A DNA stretch of 63,800 bases, counting the filler, from Octopus bimaculoides (lineage: Eukaryota), in the NCBI RefSeq assembly GCF_001194135.2. It is 9 parts of 9 records of this genome, joined end to end, with 100 filler letters (N's around TTAATTAATTAA, not from the genome) between each part and the next. Parts side by side here need not be neighbours in the genome. Positions count along the whole stretch, not along the records: positions 61,246 to 62,458 come from NW_026310876.1; positions 62,559 to 63,800 come from NC_068997.1; 7 more parts are not named here. One strand, given 5' to 3'. Shown in pieces: positions 61,330-63,800 of this stretch (position 1 is the stretch's first letter; every line of letters starts with the position of its first letter). Below the pieces are notes generated by a model. It was not told the origin of the DNA. It searched no databases and was given only the letters and a program-made list of their open reading frames with translations. Position numbers and translations under genes: made by a program.

Positions 61330-62458
61330 ACACTGATGACAATTACATTAACAAGCATGTTACACACCAATCAGTAATACACGTTACAATCAATTAATAC
61401 ACTTAAACAATACACATTAATGAAAATGTTACACAGCTAACAGCTACACACCAATGAGGAGGGTGGTACACAGTTAACAGTTACAAATTAATGAAAATGT
61501 TACACAGACAACTGTTACATATCAATAAGGGTGATACACAGCTAACAGTTACGCATGCATGACAATGTGGGACAGCTAGACATTAATGAAAATGTTACAC
61601 ATTTAAGAGTTAAGCATCATTGAAATTGTTCCAGTTATACATCATTAAATCTTACATTGTTAATGGTTAACTAACAGCTACATATTAATGGGAATTCTAC
61701 ACACCTACCTACTACACAACAAGAATGTTACACAGCAAACAGTACAGATTTACAAGGGTGTTACACAGTTATACATTAATGAAAATGCTACACATNNNNN
61801 NNNNNGATTTACAAGGGTGTTACACAGTTATACATTAATGAAAATGCTACACATTTAGCAATCACACATCAATGACAATGTTAACATTGTTACACATCAA
61901 TAAGTGTTACATTACTAACAGTTACACACCAGTGAAAATACTACACATGGATAACTAACATTTACACACATCAATGAAAGGTTTAGACACCTACCTGTTA
62001 CATAAAAATGAGAATGTTACACAGCAAACAGCTGTAACTTTATGAGGGTGTTACACAGTTAACAATTACACGTTGGTGAGAAAGTTACACATGTAACTGT
62101 TGCACACCAATGACAATACTACACAGTTACACATTAATGAGAATATGTATACATCAATGATATGTTAATGATATGTTACATATGAATGAGAATGGTATAA
62201 ATCAATGAAATGTTATACATGAATGAGAATGATACACATCAATGAAATGTTATGCATGAATGAGCATGTTATACAGCTAAAAGTTATACACCAATGAGTA
62301 TGAACAGTTATACATCAATGAACATGTTACACATCAATGTGAGTGTTACACAGCAAACAGTTAAACAACAATTAATGTATGACACAAGTAATAGTTACAC
62401 AACATGTGTGTTACACAGCTAACAGTTATACAATGTGTGTTACACAGCTAACAGTTAC
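61330..62458 (+). repeat. Degenerate GTTACAC-based minisatellite (GTTACACATCAATGAAAAT and GTTACACAGCTAACA units)
   Basis: Dozens of GTTACA(C/T) cores in alternating ~15- and ~19-bp units. Confidence 0.85.
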
Positions 62459-62608
62459 NNNNNNNNNNNNNNNNNNNNNNNNNNNNNNNNNNNNNNNNNN
62501 NNTTAATTAATTAANNNNNNNNNNNNNNNNNNNNNNNNNNNNNNNNNNNNNNNNNNNNTATATATATTTATAGTATGCATGTATGTATATATGACATATA
62601 CATCTCAG

Positions 62609-62652
<44 letters not shown>

Positions 62653-62849
62653 ACTCCTTCTCTCTCACTCTCTCTCTCTATGTATGTATGTATGTATGTA
62701 TGTATGTGTGCATGTCTATATGTATGTATGTATGTATGTATGTATGATAGATAGATAGTCATGTGAATACGTATGTGAATATTTTTCCGAACAGAATCCG
62801 TCCCTACTTTGTTACGTTCAACGTTAAAATGCGCTGCAGAGGATGGTAC

Positions 62850-63340
62850 GATAAATATTCTGAAAACACATAAATTTATCAAATGCAAAAAGCAACATAA
62901 GTCGCTGGAACGACTTTACACAACAACCACACAACAACAACGAAACCAATGGTTAAAAAATGTGGACGCCCAAACTGTAGAACATGCCCCAACCTCGGAA
63001 TTCCTATTCGAACAAGGAGAAATGTTGACAATTAATATCAACTTTACTTGTGAGAACCTAATTTATGTTATAACTTATTCAGGTTGTGGACATAACTATA
63101 TAGGACAGACAAATATGACACCGGGACGAAGAATCACACTACATAAGGAACAAATCCATTACCAACAATACAGAGAGATTCCTTTGAGTGAACAGAAATG
63201 TGCAGGTAATATCTAACCAAACTTCATAGTTTTCCCCATCTACGAGTGCAAAGAAACAATTTCTGTACAACATCATTTGAATACAGAAAATTCATTTATC
63301 GAAAAATTCAGAACACGCCTAAATATAAACGCATAACCAA
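62850..63340 (+). mobile_element. Penelope-like element GIY-YIG endonuclease remnant
   Basis: FTCENLIYVITYSGCGHNYIGQTNMTPGRRITLHKEQI...FIVFPIYECK...ENSFIEKF..LN shows the NLIY..C..C..YIGQT...R...H pattern and conserved terminal E/N residues; in-frame stop at 63214-63216. Confidence 0.88.
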
Positions 63341-63736
63341 CTTTGGCCTCCCAAAATGAACAATTACCACATAGAATTGTATACACACATGCCAGCAGCG
63401 AATGTAGATGGATGGAAACTGGCGAAGCGTAGAGGCACACCCAATACCCTAATTTTATCTAACGATCACTACAGAACACTGAAGAGATGGAAATAACATG
63501 TAGTGTGACCTCTTGGCAGAAACGACCATAAGAAACTGTTCTTTTTCTATTCTATGAATTACTGGTACGTATGTTTGTAATATACAGTCTTTACATATAT
63601 ATATATTCGCATAAATGTTTTAGAATAAATAAATAGACATAATATAATGTCTAACACTTGATGTATATTATTTCTCTATCTCCTCCCTTATCTTCTTACC
63701 GTAAATAAATATATATATATATACATACATACACAG

Positions 63737-63768
<32 letters not shown>

Positions 63769-63800
63769 GTGTGTATATGTATATACATATATATATATAT

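Noticed and set aside
3192-61855. Apparent tandem duplications at about 3192-3245, 56757-57020 and 61746-61855
   Set aside because: Each straddles a 10-N gap (3214-3223, 56887-56896, 61796-61805): unmerged contig overlaps.
19100-62458. CRISPR-like arrays
   Set aside because: The repeats are degenerate mini- or satellites without identical repeats and unique spacers; eukaryotic context with no cas genes.
8465-62514. Recurrent palindrome TTAATTAATTAA
   Set aside because: Always centred in 44N+44N; an assembly spacer, not biology.
490-63800. Dozens of ORFs rich in HT, YI, MYVC, ER, LS or poly-X
   Set aside because: They are translations of (CA)n, (TA)n, (CATA)n, (GA)n arrays or N gaps; no splice-bounded unique coding content.

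Overview
AT-rich, microsatellite- and SINE-saturated animal DNA. The repeat landscape looks like a coleoid cephalopod (Octopus-type); this is my inference from the repeat families, not a database result. The window is not one contiguous locus: eight artificial 100-bp spacers (44 N + TTAATTAATTAA + 44 N) join nine blocks, so adjacency across spacers is unproven. The only host gene I can support is two in-phase + strand exons (25026-25245, 26420-27244) of an ADAMTS-like/punctin gene (ADAMTSL1/3, MADD-4 type; TSR-TSR-Ig-TSR). The rest is mobile DNA: several tRNA-derived SINE families, decayed RTE LINEs, R4/Dong-type REL LINE 3' ends, a Penelope GIY-YIG remnant, DD37D (maT) transposase remnants, two palindromic MITEs, a 5S rRNA copy, minisatellites and a composite satellite. 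Best leads: (1) the intron between the two exons holds a near-canonical type I hammerhead ribozyme on the minus strand inside a ~355-nt unit with a terminal direct repeat (retrozyme/Penelope pLTR-like). Its only core defect is C instead of U at 16.1. A second, decayed hammerhead of opposite polarity lies ~200 nt away. (2) A 592-bp foldback MITE with an 8-bp TSD and a central (CCCTAA)n-(TTAGGG)n hairpin. (3) A CpG-decay contrast between blocks, with a CpG-retaining promoter-like island at ~54.8-55.7 kb.
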